Under the pieces are notes generated by a model, which saw only the letters and a program-made list of their open reading frames with translations, did not search any database and was not told where the DNA came from. Below, one piece after another: positions 18,606 to 27,793 of a stretch of 64,000 nt of DNA; the first letter of the stretch is position 1, and every line of letters begins with the position of its first letter. A program made the translations under genes and the position numbers. Source of the DNA: Clostridiales bacterium (GTDB taxonomy: Bacteria > Bacillota > Clostridia > Saccharofermentanales > Saccharofermentanaceae); contig JAFWDK010000010.1 of assembly GCA_017513085.1 (NCBI GenBank), forward strand, positions 128,001 through 192,000. Reading direction: 5' to 3'.

Positions 18606-19832
18606 ATGAAAAGCATTGCTATTTTAGGTTTTGGTGTAGTTGGATGTGGTGTGGCGGAAGTCATTGCCATGAATCACGAGCGTATTGCAAAGAGACTGGG
18701 AGAAGAACTGGTGGTCAAGAAGATCCTTGATATCAGAGAGTTTCCGGACAGCCCTTTTGCATCGTTGGTCACCAATAAGAAAGAAGACGTATTTGATGAT
18801 CCGGAGATCTCGATCGTGGTCGAGACGATCGGTGGTGCAAGAATTGCTTATGAATACACGAAGATGGCTCTTTCCGCAGGAAAGACTGTCGTGACGTCGA
18901 ACAAAGAACTGGTTTCCACTCATGGTGTGGAACTGGTCAAGCTTGCTCGTGAAAACAATTGCAATTATCTTTTCGAAGCTTCTGTCGGTGGCGGTATTCC
19001 GATCATCCGCCCGCTGCACCGTTGCCTGGCAGCGAATAAAGTCGAGCGTATTGCCGGAATCGTCAATGGTACTACAAACTATATTCTTACGCAGATGGCA
19101 GAGAATGGCTCTGATTTTGATTCGGCGCTAAAGGAAGCACAGGCCAAAGGATATGCTGAGCAGAATCCTTCCGCTGATATCGATGGTATAGATGCACAAA
19201 GAAAGATCGCGATCTTAAGTACGATCGCCCTGGACGGCGCATATGTCGATCCTACCAAACTGTTTACAGTAGGTATCACAGCCATCACGACCAAAGATAT
19301 GGAATATGCCAGAGAGATGAATGCATCGATCAAACTTCTGGCGGTATTTGAAAATGACGACGAAGGTGCTTTTGCCTATGTAGCGCCGCATCTGGTGTCC
19401 AAAGAACATCCTCTTGCTTGTGCGAACGATGTGTTTAACGCAATCATGGTTACCGGTAATGCGGTCGGTGATGCGATGTTTTACGGCCAGGGTGCAGGTA
19501 AAATGGCTACGGCATCGGCAGTTGTGGGGGACGTGATGGACGCGGCTGAACATGAGACTCGTGATGCCCATGTGGCAGAGTGGTTCGAAGCCGGCGATGT
19601 TCTCGCACCGATCGAGAAGCACCATATTTCGGTTCTTCTCAGACTTCCGGCAGATGTATCAGAAGATACGGTTTCTGAGGCTTTCCCGGAGATTTCCATG
19701 CAGCCTTGTGTTTACGAAGCTGAAGGGGAGAAAGCGTTTATCCTCGGAAAAGAAGGGGATATGACAGAGGCACAGTTAGCCGTAGGTCTGGAAAGCTTCG
19801 AGAATATTATAAGTGTGATTAGAATATTCTGA
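18606..19832 (+). CDS. hom: Homoserine dehydrogenase
   Basis: ILGFGVVG, VVTSNK, FEASVGGGIP, GIVNGTTNYIL, GYAEQNP, GQGAG. Alternative GTG start at 18597. Confidence 0.93.
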   Translation: MKSIAILGFGVVGCGVAEVIAMNHERIAKRLGEELVVKKILDIREFPDSPFASLVTNKKEDVFDDPEISIVVETIGGARIAYEYTKMALSAGKTVVTSNKELVSTHGVELVKLARENNCNYLFEASVGGGIPIIRPLHRCLAANKVERIAGIVNGTTNYILTQMAENGSDFDSALKEAQAKGYAEQNPSADIDGIDAQRKIAILSTIALDGAYVDPTKLFTVGITAITTKDMEYAREMNASIKLLAVFENDDEGAFAYVAPHLVSKEHPLACANDVFNAIMVTGNAVGDAMFYGQGAGKMATASAVVGDVMDAAEHETRDAHVAEWFEAGDVLAPIEKHHISVLLRLPADVSEDTVSEAFPEISMQPCVYEAEGEKAFILGKEGDMTEAQLAVGLESFENIISVIRIF

Positions 19833-19877
19833 TTCATAAAGAAAGAAGTCTGTGAAAAATAAAGGAGGACAAACAAC

Positions 19878-20435
19878 ATGAACATGCAAGAAGTTTTCAG
19901 TAATTACCCGCAGATCGCCGATAAAGCTGCGCAGACAGGTAAGATCAAACCAAATGTACTTACCAAAAAAGCTTTTGCCAATGCGGACGAGCAGTGGAAC
20001 AGACTGTTTCCGGAAGAACTGGCTAAGCTTAATGATGAGATCGCCAATGCAGAACTGTATTTTAAAAAAGCTTATTGTACTCCTACAGCGATCTGCTATA
20101 ACAGTGTCGGCTGCTTCTTCGTGATTCCCGTAAAGGATATAATTTGGGTCTATGTTCGCGTTGTAAAAGAGAGCATGAATTTCATTCCGACCGGAAAGAT
20201 CCATCAGATCTGGGTCGTAGACAGAAGCGGTGAGACCTATCTTATCTGTGACAAAAACACAGGTCCTTTTACCAAACAGAGCCCTGCTGAGGAAGTCCTC
20301 CAGCAGATGAAGAGCATCATGGATCCGGTTCGTCCGGGTATATTCTATGGATATTCCAAAGAATTAGAAGCTTTTGTTCGTGGAAATCTTCCGGGCGCTG
20401 CAGCACAGGTTGATAACGCATCTTCGGCTCAGTAA
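19878..20435 (+). CDS. Hypothetical protein
   Basis: 185-aa ORF with an AAGGAGG RBS and a downstream terminator; no family recognised with confidence. Confidence 0.7.
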   Translation: MNMQEVFSNYPQIADKAAQTGKIKPNVLTKKAFANADEQWNRLFPEELAKLNDEIANAELYFKKAYCTPTAICYNSVGCFFVIPVKDIIWVYVRVVKESMNFIPTGKIHQIWVVDRSGETYLICDKNTGPFTKQSPAEEVLQQMKSIMDPVRPGIFYGYSKELEAFVRGNLPGAAAQVDNASSAQ

Positions 20436-20457
20436 GCGAGATCATCTCATAATAACG

Positions 20458-20492
20458 AAAACCACTTTCCATTGACCGGAAAGTGGTTTTTT
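20458..20492. terminator. Bidirectional intrinsic terminator
   Basis: AAAACCACTTTCC/GGAAAGTGGTTTT stem between convergent genes. Confidence 0.85.
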
Positions 20493-20535
20493 GTTGTTTT
20501 AACTGCAATGTAAGTTAAAAGCTTCTTCGCTAAGA

Positions 20536-22446
20536 TTATAACTGATTGGCACCATAGTCTGCGTAAAGTGTCATCATTTCATTCATCAGAGAATTCATCT
20601 GCTGCTGGAGCTTGCTGAGTTCTTTGAGATTCTTGGCATCGATGGCAAGGCGGATCTCTTTAAAGATGGAGACATACTCGGAAGTATCCTTAGCCAGGTG
20701 GTTGCGGATCGAATCGATCTCCTTCCAAAGCGCTACATCGTAACTGTTCATCGGATCATGGAATGGTACGACATTTCTGATCTGAGAGAGATTGTTCGGG
20801 ATGATTCTCTCAGACAGCTCCATCTGCCAGCGGTCTAACATAGCATGCGCATAGGAAGAAATAAGCTTATCACTGAAAACTCCGCCTGCGCAAAGGATCG
20901 GGATCATGTCGTCGTCCTTCAGAAGACAGCGCAAAGAATCATATACAGTTGCCGGCGGTGTGCCGAAGAGCTTGTCACGTTCTTCTGTAGAATAGTGTGA
21001 AAAGATATCATCTTCGCAACGATAGACCTTATCTTTTTCGAGGTATTCAGCCTCTTCGCCATAACCCTTGCAGAATTCCTTTTCCAGTTCCTGTGTGGAA
21101 TGACCGGAAGAGACGGCATACTCGATACCGTCCAGCATGCACTGGTATGCTGCAGACAAGCAAAGATATGTGTTGGTATGCGGATTAGGGGAGCGGATCT
21201 CGAAACGCGTCTGTACCGAACTGTCGGAATTACGGATCAATCCGAGAAGAACAGAACGGTTACGGGACGGGGTATGCAGATCACGTCCGATCGAAGCGAC
21301 AGCATGTGTCGGTGCTTCAAATCCGGGCTGCAAACGAAGGAAAGCGTCTGTAGTTACGGAAATGAACGGGTTGATGAGCGGGTAGTGCTTCATGAATCCC
21401 ATCAGAGCGCCCCATCCGATCGTGCCGAGGAAATCGGTCTTCATATCCTTAGGACTAAACAGATTGACCTTGTGTCCATCCTTCATAAAAGCAACGGCAT
21501 TAACGTGTGTGTGTTCACCGGAACCGGCAACTCCGGACAACGGCTTAGCACAGAAACTGACTTCAAGACCATGCATACGGAAGATCTCTTTGATAAAGAT
21601 TCTGGCCATCAGCTCATAATCCGCGGCCTGAAGAGCATTGGAATAATGCCAGTCTACTTCGAGCTGCTCCATAATATTGTGGAAATCGCCTGCGTCGGAA
21701 AGGTGAGCCTTAACACCACCGACTTCTTTATGTCCCATTTCCGGTTCAAAACCATAAAGCTCAAGGAGAAGCACTGTCTGTTCCAAAGCAGTACGTACGA
21801 CACCCTTCGTCCGCTTCCAGTACTGTTCTTTAAGACTCTGGGAGGTAGATAGAACTCTTGTGTTGATCTTCTCTTCAGGAGAGCTTACCCAGAACTCAAG
21901 TTCTGTAGCTGTGGTCAACTCGATACGGTCGAACTCATCAATGCTGAAGCCGAGTTCATCACAAAGTGAAGGATTTTCACGAAGGTATCTTTCCAGTTCG
22001 GAAGCGAAGCGGTCAGCGCAACGCTTGAGAATGGAACGGGAACATACTTTATCACCATTGTGGATCAGGAAAGAAGGAATTCGGAGCGTGCCGACCGGAA
22101 GGTTGAGTTCAGGATCGATATGCTCGTAGTTATAATCAACAAACCACATGACATTGAGATCCGGTTCGAAGTCTACGCGGCCATCGTTCAGAGTGGCAAT
22201 GCCGGGAAGCTCAACAGAGGAACCGTCAGTCTGCACTACACAACCATTAAGATATCCTTGGAGATTGTCGACGAAGTTGATGATCGGGATCTTCTCATCA
22301 GTATCGTTACCGGCAAGGTCAATGCCGACAAAAGAAACGAATTTGATCTCCGGATGCTCACCCAGGATCTTCTCTAAGTCTTCCGCATTATGTGTTTTCG
22401 GTGGCAACAGATAAAGCAGGTTCGTGTAGATTCGAAAGTTTGTCAT
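20536..22446 (-). CDS. glnA: Glutamine synthetase (long clostridial form)
   Basis: TDGSS, ELEFW, MGHKEVG, EQLE, GVAGSGEHTH, RLQPGFEAP, RNRS, RFEIRSP. Confidence 0.85.
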   Translation of the reverse strand: MTNFRIYTNLLYLLPPKTHNAEDLEKILGEHPEIKFVSFVGIDLAGNDTDEKIPIINFVDNLQGYLNGCVVQTDGSSVELPGIATLNDGRVDFEPDLNVMWFVDYNYEHIDPELNLPVGTLRIPSFLIHNGDKVCSRSILKRCADRFASELERYLRENPSLCDELGFSIDEFDRIELTTATELEFWVSSPEEKINTRVLSTSQSLKEQYWKRTKGVVRTALEQTVLLLELYGFEPEMGHKEVGGVKAHLSDAGDFHNIMEQLEVDWHYSNALQAADYELMARIFIKEIFRMHGLEVSFCAKPLSGVAGSGEHTHVNAVAFMKDGHKVNLFSPKDMKTDFLGTIGWGALMGFMKHYPLINPFISVTTDAFLRLQPGFEAPTHAVASIGRDLHTPSRNRSVLLGLIRNSDSSVQTRFEIRSPNPHTNTYLCLSAAYQCMLDGIEYAVSSGHSTQELEKEFCKGYGEEAEYLEKDKVYRCEDDIFSHYSTEERDKLFGTPPATVYDSLRCLLKDDDMIPILCAGGVFSDKLISSYAHAMLDRWQMELSERIIPNNLSQIRNVVPFHDPMNSYDVALWKEIDSIRNHLAKDTSEYVSIFKEIRLAIDAKNLKELSKLQQQMNSLMNEMMTLYADYGANQL

Positions 22447-22629
22447 AGTGTTTGCACCTTTCGTTATATAAAATCAGAGTCATTATACCATTAAATTTCA
22501 AAAGTACTACTTCCGTCATTTATAGAAATTCCACTAAATTCTGTGGCGGATTGTCCATATTAATAATATAATTACCATATAAGTACACAAATTGGGGATA
22601 GCCCTTGTTTGATTTGATGGAGGTCATCT

Positions 22630-22986
22630 ATGAAAGTTTGTGATTGTGCAAATCTTCTTAAGGCAAAGATCTTAGTGGAATCGGATAATTTTGAAGCGGA
22701 TCTGCAGATTGCCTGCGGTTCCGATCTTATGAGTGATGTTATGGCATTCAGCAGTGATGAAAGCCAGATCATGATCACCGGACTTGTTAATCCGCAGACG
22801 ATCCGCACTGCCGAGATGCTGGATGTTAAAGTGATCATTTTCGTCCGTGGAAAGATCCCGGATGAAACCATGCAGCAGTTAGCATATGAGAAGGGAATCG
22901 GGCTCATGAGCACACCTTTGTCCATGTTTACATGCTGCGGTCTGCTGTATGAGGCCGGCCTTCGAGGGAAGGAGGGTGCCGTATAG
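22630..22986 (+). CDS. DRTGG-domain protein
   Basis: ACGSDLMSDV, ITGLVNPQTIRTAEMLD, FVRGK, CGLLY. Confidence 0.8.
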   Translation: MKVCDCANLLKAKILVESDNFEADLQIACGSDLMSDVMAFSSDESQIMITGLVNPQTIRTAEMLDVKVIIFVRGKIPDETMQQLAYEKGIGLMSTPLSMFTCCGLLYEAGLRGKEGAV

Positions 22987-23405
22987 AACCGTTAGTACGT
23001 CAATATGAGATCCGTGCGAACGACTTTACGCACGCAGGAGAAGCTTCTTCCGCGATGAAGAAATCTTTGAGTCGTCTGGGCGTCAAAGCGGAAGACATCA
23101 AGCGTGCCTCGATCGCCATGTATGAAGCGGAAATCAATGCCGTGATCCACGGCCATGGAGGAATGGCTGAGGTCAGCGTATTCCCTGAGAAAGTCGTCAT
23201 TGTGATCGAAGATCACGGACCGGGTATTCCTGATCTTGATCAGGCTATGGTTGCCGGTTGGTCAACCGCTCCGGATATCGCAAGGGAAATGGGATTCGGC
23301 GCCGGTATGGGACTGCCGAACATTAAGAAGAATTGTGATGAACTGAATATTGATACAAAGATCGGAGAAGGTACGAAAGTCACGATGATCATTCAGTTCA
23401 GGTAA
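22983..23405 (+). CDS. Anti-sigma-factor-type Ser/Thr kinase (HATPase_c), probable ATA start
   Basis: YEAEINAVIH, DHGPGIPD, GWSTA, GFGAGMGLPN. The frame extends upstream of ATG 23055 through DFTHAGEASS to an ATA at 22983, 7 nt after AGGAGG. Confidence 0.8.
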   Translation: MEPLVRQYEIRANDFTHAGEASSAMKKSLSRLGVKAEDIKRASIAMYEAEINAVIHGHGGMAEVSVFPEKVVIVIEDHGPGIPDLDQAMVAGWSTAPDIAREMGFGAGMGLPNIKKNCDELNIDTKIGEGTKVTMIIQFR

Positions 23406-23432
23406 GTTGAGCAGGATTTTGCGAGGATTAAA

Positions 23433-24764
23433 GTGAAGAAACTACACAGTGTGTCATTAATAGGAGACCTATGCGTCGGATGCACCAATTGTATCAAGGG
23501 GTGTCCGACTCAAGCGATCCGAGTCAGGGGCGGGAAGGCGACGATTTACGATATCCGCTGTATCGACTGCGCCCAGTGCATCCGTATCTGCCCGTATCAC
23601 GCAAAGATCGCCGTTACCGATACGCTTGAAGAACGGCTGTCTGCGGCAAGCGGAAAAGTCAAGGTGGCTATTGTCAATCCGGCGCTTTTGACGCAGTTTG
23701 AGCACAATGTCAGCCGTATCGATGTATTGAAGGCTGTGCGTCAGCTTGGTTTTGACTATGTATTCGATGAATCGATCGGATATGCGGGGTATGTATCCGC
23801 GGCGCGGCAGATGATCGCGGAAAAGCAGGAAGCCCTGAAAGACTGTTCCGATGATGAGATCAGCGAGGTGTTCCCGATGATCTCCACGACGTGCCCGGTA
23901 GTGGTCCGTCTGATCCAGATGAAGTATCGTGCGCTGATTTCGCATCTGGTGACTTTGGATTCGCCGATGGAGCTTACGGCGCAACATGCGATCGATTATC
24001 TGTGCCTGAAACTACAGATACCCCGGACGCTGATATATATCTGCTATATTTCGCCTTGCCCTGCCAAGGTAACAGCCGTGATCAATCCGCTATGGAAGAA
24101 AAAGTCTCTGATTTCAACCTGTGTTGGTATTCATGATGTTTATCCGCAGCTTCGAAGCCTCTTGGACAAAGTCACGAATCATGACAGTTTGACGCATGAA
24201 GAGCAGAGAGCGATCCATATCTCAGAACCTATCGGCCTTCGATGTGCCGCGATCGGTGGTGAGACTTCCAGTATCGGTATCGAGAATTACCTTACGGTCG
24301 ATGGAATAGAGAATATTATTGATATCCTGGAAGAAATTGACAGAGATAACATCAAAAACATCGCATATGTTGAGGCGACATGCTGCTTCGGCGGTTGCAT
24401 CGGCGGTCCGCTTACAGTTATGAACCGCTTTACCGCCAGCGCGAAACTTCGTGATCATGTTCACGATTTTTTCCTGGAAAAAGAACTTTTCCCGAACCAG
24501 ATCGTGCATGAGGACGATATTATTCCTCAGGTGTGGGAACTTCCGCTTCCTGAAAATCATGCTATGCGTCTTTCCGAGAATATCGGCGAGGCTATGACAA
24601 AGTACGAACAGATCGATGAGATCCTGTCGACATTGCCGCAGCTGGACTGCGGTGCCTGCGGCGCGCCTTCCTGTGCGGCTATGGCAGAAGATATCGTGCA
24701 GGGACGTGCCAGTATCAATAACTGCATTATCCGTGCCAAGAGAAATAAATTGAAAGAAGAGTAA
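23433..24764 (+). CDS. Putative sensory [FeFe]-hydrogenase-like Fe-S protein (group D/HydS-type architecture)
   Basis: N-terminal 2x[4Fe-4S] motifs; H-cluster-like ISTTCP, ISPCPAK and EATCCFGGCIGG; C-terminal DCGACGAPSC..C. Confidence 0.78.
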   Translation: MKKLHSVSLIGDLCVGCTNCIKGCPTQAIRVRGGKATIYDIRCIDCAQCIRICPYHAKIAVTDTLEERLSAASGKVKVAIVNPALLTQFEHNVSRIDVLKAVRQLGFDYVFDESIGYAGYVSAARQMIAEKQEALKDCSDDEISEVFPMISTTCPVVVRLIQMKYRALISHLVTLDSPMELTAQHAIDYLCLKLQIPRTLIYICYISPCPAKVTAVINPLWKKKSLISTCVGIHDVYPQLRSLLDKVTNHDSLTHEEQRAIHISEPIGLRCAAIGGETSSIGIENYLTVDGIENIIDILEEIDRDNIKNIAYVEATCCFGGCIGGPLTVMNRFTASAKLRDHVHDFFLEKELFPNQIVHEDDIIPQVWELPLPENHAMRLSENIGEAMTKYEQIDEILSTLPQLDCGACGAPSCAAMAEDIVQGRASINNCIIRAKRNKLKEE

Positions 24765-24767
24765 TTT

Positions 24768-25118
24768 ATGGGAAAAACGGTTTCTGAAATTATCAGCGCA
24801 ATGAATCTGAATGTTCTGACGGAGGTATATCGTCCGGATGCCTTGATCGAAAAAGGATACGCAGGAGACATGCTCAGCCATGTTATGGCGCATCTTCAGA
24901 CAGATGAGTGCTGGTTTACGATCTTAAACAGCATGAATGTGATTGCTGTGGCTTCTCTGAACGAGTGTGCGCTTGTAATACTTACGGAAGATGTTGTACT
25001 TCAGGAAGCAGTCCTGGTAAAAGCAAAGACTGAAGAGATCTGTGTTTGCTCAACATCTCTCGATACATACACAGCTTGTGCGGTGCTGGCCGGCATTCTG
25101 GAAACTTCGGAGGTCTGA
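24768..25118 (+). CDS. DRTGG-domain protein
   Basis: GYAGDMLSHVM, WFTI, NVIAVASL. Confidence 0.75.
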   Translation: MGKTVSEIISAMNLNVLTEVYRPDALIEKGYAGDMLSHVMAHLQTDECWFTILNSMNVIAVASLNECALVILTEDVVLQEAVLVKAKTEEICVCSTSLDTYTACAVLAGILETSEV

Positions 25119-25127
25119 TCTTTTCAA

Positions 25128-25886
25128 GTGGCACTGTTTCTTTGTGATCTGCATATGCATTCCGCTTTATCTCCCTGCGCGGAAAATGACATGACGCCGG
25201 GGAACATGGTTTCTATGGCCTTTTTAAACGGTTTGGAAGTGATTGCCATTACGGATCATTGCAGTAGTAAGAATTGTGCGGCTGCCATTGAGTGTTCCAG
25301 ACAACTGAAGGCTGAGCAAGGTCGTGCGCCTCTGGTCATTCCCGGAATGGAGATCGAGGTGGCAGAAGGCTTTCATGTTCTCGGGCTTTTTCCTGATTGT
25401 GAAAGAGCGATGGAGTTCGATGCGTTTCTGACCTCAAGAAGACCGAAGATAAAAAACAGAGTAGAAATCTTCGGAAATCAGTATGTCATGAACGATGACG
25501 ATGAAGTGGTCGAAGAGATTGAAAATCTTCTTTCCACAGGCTCTGATGTTTCCATGATCGAACTATATACAAAGCTCGATTCTCTGGGTGCGGCGGCGAT
25601 CCCGGCGCATATCGATAAAGATTCATACAGTATGGTGGCGTCTCTGGGTACCGTGCCGGAAGAATGGAAGGGAAGACTTCTTGAGGTAAGTAAGCGTTGC
25701 AACCTCCCGGAATTCTGGGATGCGCATCCGGAACTGGCTACCTATCACTATATCGTGGATTCTGATGCTCACCAGCTCGTAGATATCGCCGATCCCGGTT
25801 ATTCGTTAAAGCTTCCTATCGAAAAAAGTCCCGATCTTGATGCGGCAACTTTTGTCAATGCGTTGCGGGATTTAATGAGAAAGTGA
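25128..25886 (+). CDS. PHP-domain phosphoesterase
   Basis: DLHMHSALSPC, AITDH, PGMEI, PAHID, DSDAH. Confidence 0.85.
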   Translation: MALFLCDLHMHSALSPCAENDMTPGNMVSMAFLNGLEVIAITDHCSSKNCAAAIECSRQLKAEQGRAPLVIPGMEIEVAEGFHVLGLFPDCERAMEFDAFLTSRRPKIKNRVEIFGNQYVMNDDDEVVEEIENLLSTGSDVSMIELYTKLDSLGAAAIPAHIDKDSYSMVASLGTVPEEWKGRLLEVSKRCNLPEFWDAHPELATYHYIVDSDAHQLVDIADPGYSLKLPIEKSPDLDAATFVNALRDLMRK

Positions 25887-25964
25887 TATAATGTACGGGT
25901 TGACAATAACAAATATGGAACTGAAGTGCTTTTCCAGAGGAACACGGGAAAGCGGGGAGTTTTT

Positions 25965-26519
25965 TTGAGAGAGTTATCGCTTCATATTCTGGATATCCTG
26001 ACGAATTCGACGCGAGCCGGAGCGACTCTGGTGACGCTGACGATCGACATGAGATCAAAGGAAGACCGGTTGATCATTTCTTTTGAAGACAATGGTTGCG
26101 GAATGAGCGAGGAATTTGTCTCGAAGGTGACCGATCCGTTTTCAACTACTCGAAACACAAGAAAAGTGGGGCTGGGTCTTCCTTTGCTGAAAGAGCTTTG
26201 TGAGTTGACGGGCGGAAGCCTGGAGATCTCGTCGAAGCTTGGTGAGGGAACTTTGGTCAGGGCAATATTGGTTCCGTCTTCCATTGATTGTCTGCCTTTA
26301 GGCGATGTGGGAGAGTCACTGGCCGGCCTTGCCGGAACATACGAGCACTCGTGTGATTTTGTGGTGGTTTTCCAGCATGATGTCAAGGGAAAGTCGGTGA
26401 TCGATACCCGAGAGATCAAGGAGAAGCTTGATGGTATGTCGCTGCAAGAGCCGGAGATCTATTTGTTTTTGTGTGATTATTATCGCGAACAACAAGAATC
26501 AATACTTGGAGGTTTATAG
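25965..26519 (+). CDS. Histidine-kinase-like ATPase (HATPase_c) of hydrogenase clusters
   Basis: TTG start; RELSLHILDI..NS, DNGCGM, DPFSTTR..RKVGLGLP, IDCLPLGD. Confidence 0.82.
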   Translation: MRELSLHILDILTNSTRAGATLVTLTIDMRSKEDRLIISFEDNGCGMSEEFVSKVTDPFSTTRNTRKVGLGLPLLKELCELTGGSLEISSKLGEGTLVRAILVPSSIDCLPLGDVGESLAGLAGTYEHSCDFVVVFQHDVKGKSVIDTREIKEKLDGMSLQEPEIYLFLCDYYREQQESILGGL

Positions 26520-26520
26520 T

Positions 26521-26886
26521 ATGAAATCATTAGCAGAACTCGAAGCAATCAAGAACAAGGCAAAGGCAGACATGTCTGCAAGATCTGAAGCAGGTAAGCG
26601 CATCGTTGTCGGTATGGCTACTTGCGGTATCGCTGCAGGCGCACGTCCGGTTATGACTGCAATCGTAGAAGAACTGAAGACACGTGGTATTGATGATGTA
26701 GCGGTTACTATGACAGGTTGCATCGGTCTTTGCAAGTATGAGCCGATCGTTGAGGTTATCGATACTGACGGATCTAAGGTTACATACATTAAGATGGACC
26801 CGAACAAGGCTAAGCGTATGGTTGCTGAGCATATCGTAAATGGTCAGGTTTGCGAAGATCTTACTATCGCTACCGCTCAGCTTTAA
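26521..26886 (+). CDS. Thioredoxin-like (2Fe-2S) ferredoxin, HydD/HndB-like
   Basis: MKSLAELEAIK, VGMATCGIAAGA, TGCIGLCKYEPIVEV; GGAGG RBS; strongly biased codons. Confidence 0.85.
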   Translation: MKSLAELEAIKNKAKADMSARSEAGKRIVVGMATCGIAAGARPVMTAIVEELKTRGIDDVAVTMTGCIGLCKYEPIVEVIDTDGSKVTYIKMDPNKAKRMVAEHIVNGQVCEDLTIATAQL

Positions 26887-26904
26887 TAGAATGGATGGGA
26901 ACAC

Positions 26905-27648
26905 ATGATCATTTCCCAACCTTTTAAGTCGTTTCAAGTTGACTCTCTTTCAAAAAGGTGGGTAGCAGTATTGCTCCTCCTTTTTGTTTGGGGAGTCTCT
27001 TTTTGGTTCTTTCTGACTCCGCCGGGAGACTCGGATTTCTCCCAGATCATGTTCTGGTATGAAGATATGATGAAGGCAGAAGATGCTTATATTTTCGTGT
27101 CTCAGCATCCGTTCAACGATGTCGTTACGATCGGAAATCTCGTGTATGCGTTTTCATGCGTGGCATATGTGTTTTTCCTTTTGCTTTCGGCATTGTTCTA
27201 TTTTGTTCTTTATGTCTGTGATCTGCGGGAAGTTCCTCTTAAAAAAGCACCGAAGATATACTTATCACGGGTCGGATGGGTGTTTCTGTTTGCCATAGTT
27301 GCTTTTATCCCGATCCTGATATTCCTTAATTATTTCCCGTTCATTTTTCTTTTCCTTATTCCTGCATGCTATGCGATGGCCGGTATCATTTTCTTTGAAA
27401 AGAAAAATGCGTTCTCTGCCGTCGCCGGAAGTATTGTGGCGACATTCGGACATAAAATGTCGATTTTCCTGGAACTGATAGTGATCTCGTTTTTATACTA
27501 TCTGATCATGACGATCGTACGTGCGGTTTTGACGGATGGTTCGCCTGGAATAGCTCTGGTCAGTTCTTTTGTCACGGCATATTTCACGCTTGTAGTGGCG
27601 AGAAATATGGGGACACGTTTTCATATGATCACGATTCTGAAAAAATAA
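26905..27648 (+). CDS. Hypothetical multi-pass membrane protein
   Basis: About 6 hydrophobic segments; no family recognised. Confidence 0.65.
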   Translation: MIISQPFKSFQVDSLSKRWVAVLLLLFVWGVSFWFFLTPPGDSDFSQIMFWYEDMMKAEDAYIFVSQHPFNDVVTIGNLVYAFSCVAYVFFLLLSALFYFVLYVCDLREVPLKKAPKIYLSRVGWVFLFAIVAFIPILIFLNYFPFIFLFLIPACYAMAGIIFFEKKNAFSAVAGSIVATFGHKMSIFLELIVISFLYYLIMTIVRAVLTDGSPGIALVSSFVTAYFTLVVARNMGTRFHMITILKK

Positions 27649-27793
27649 TAATTTTCATTTCGCTTTTTCGTTTGGCAAAATCACGTGAAGGTTTTTTATT
27701 TAATATGTAACTTTGTGAATTTCATCGATTGAAATTTTGTGCATATTTGCCTATTATTGTAATGTTCATGAAATATATATGGAGGACTCGAAT

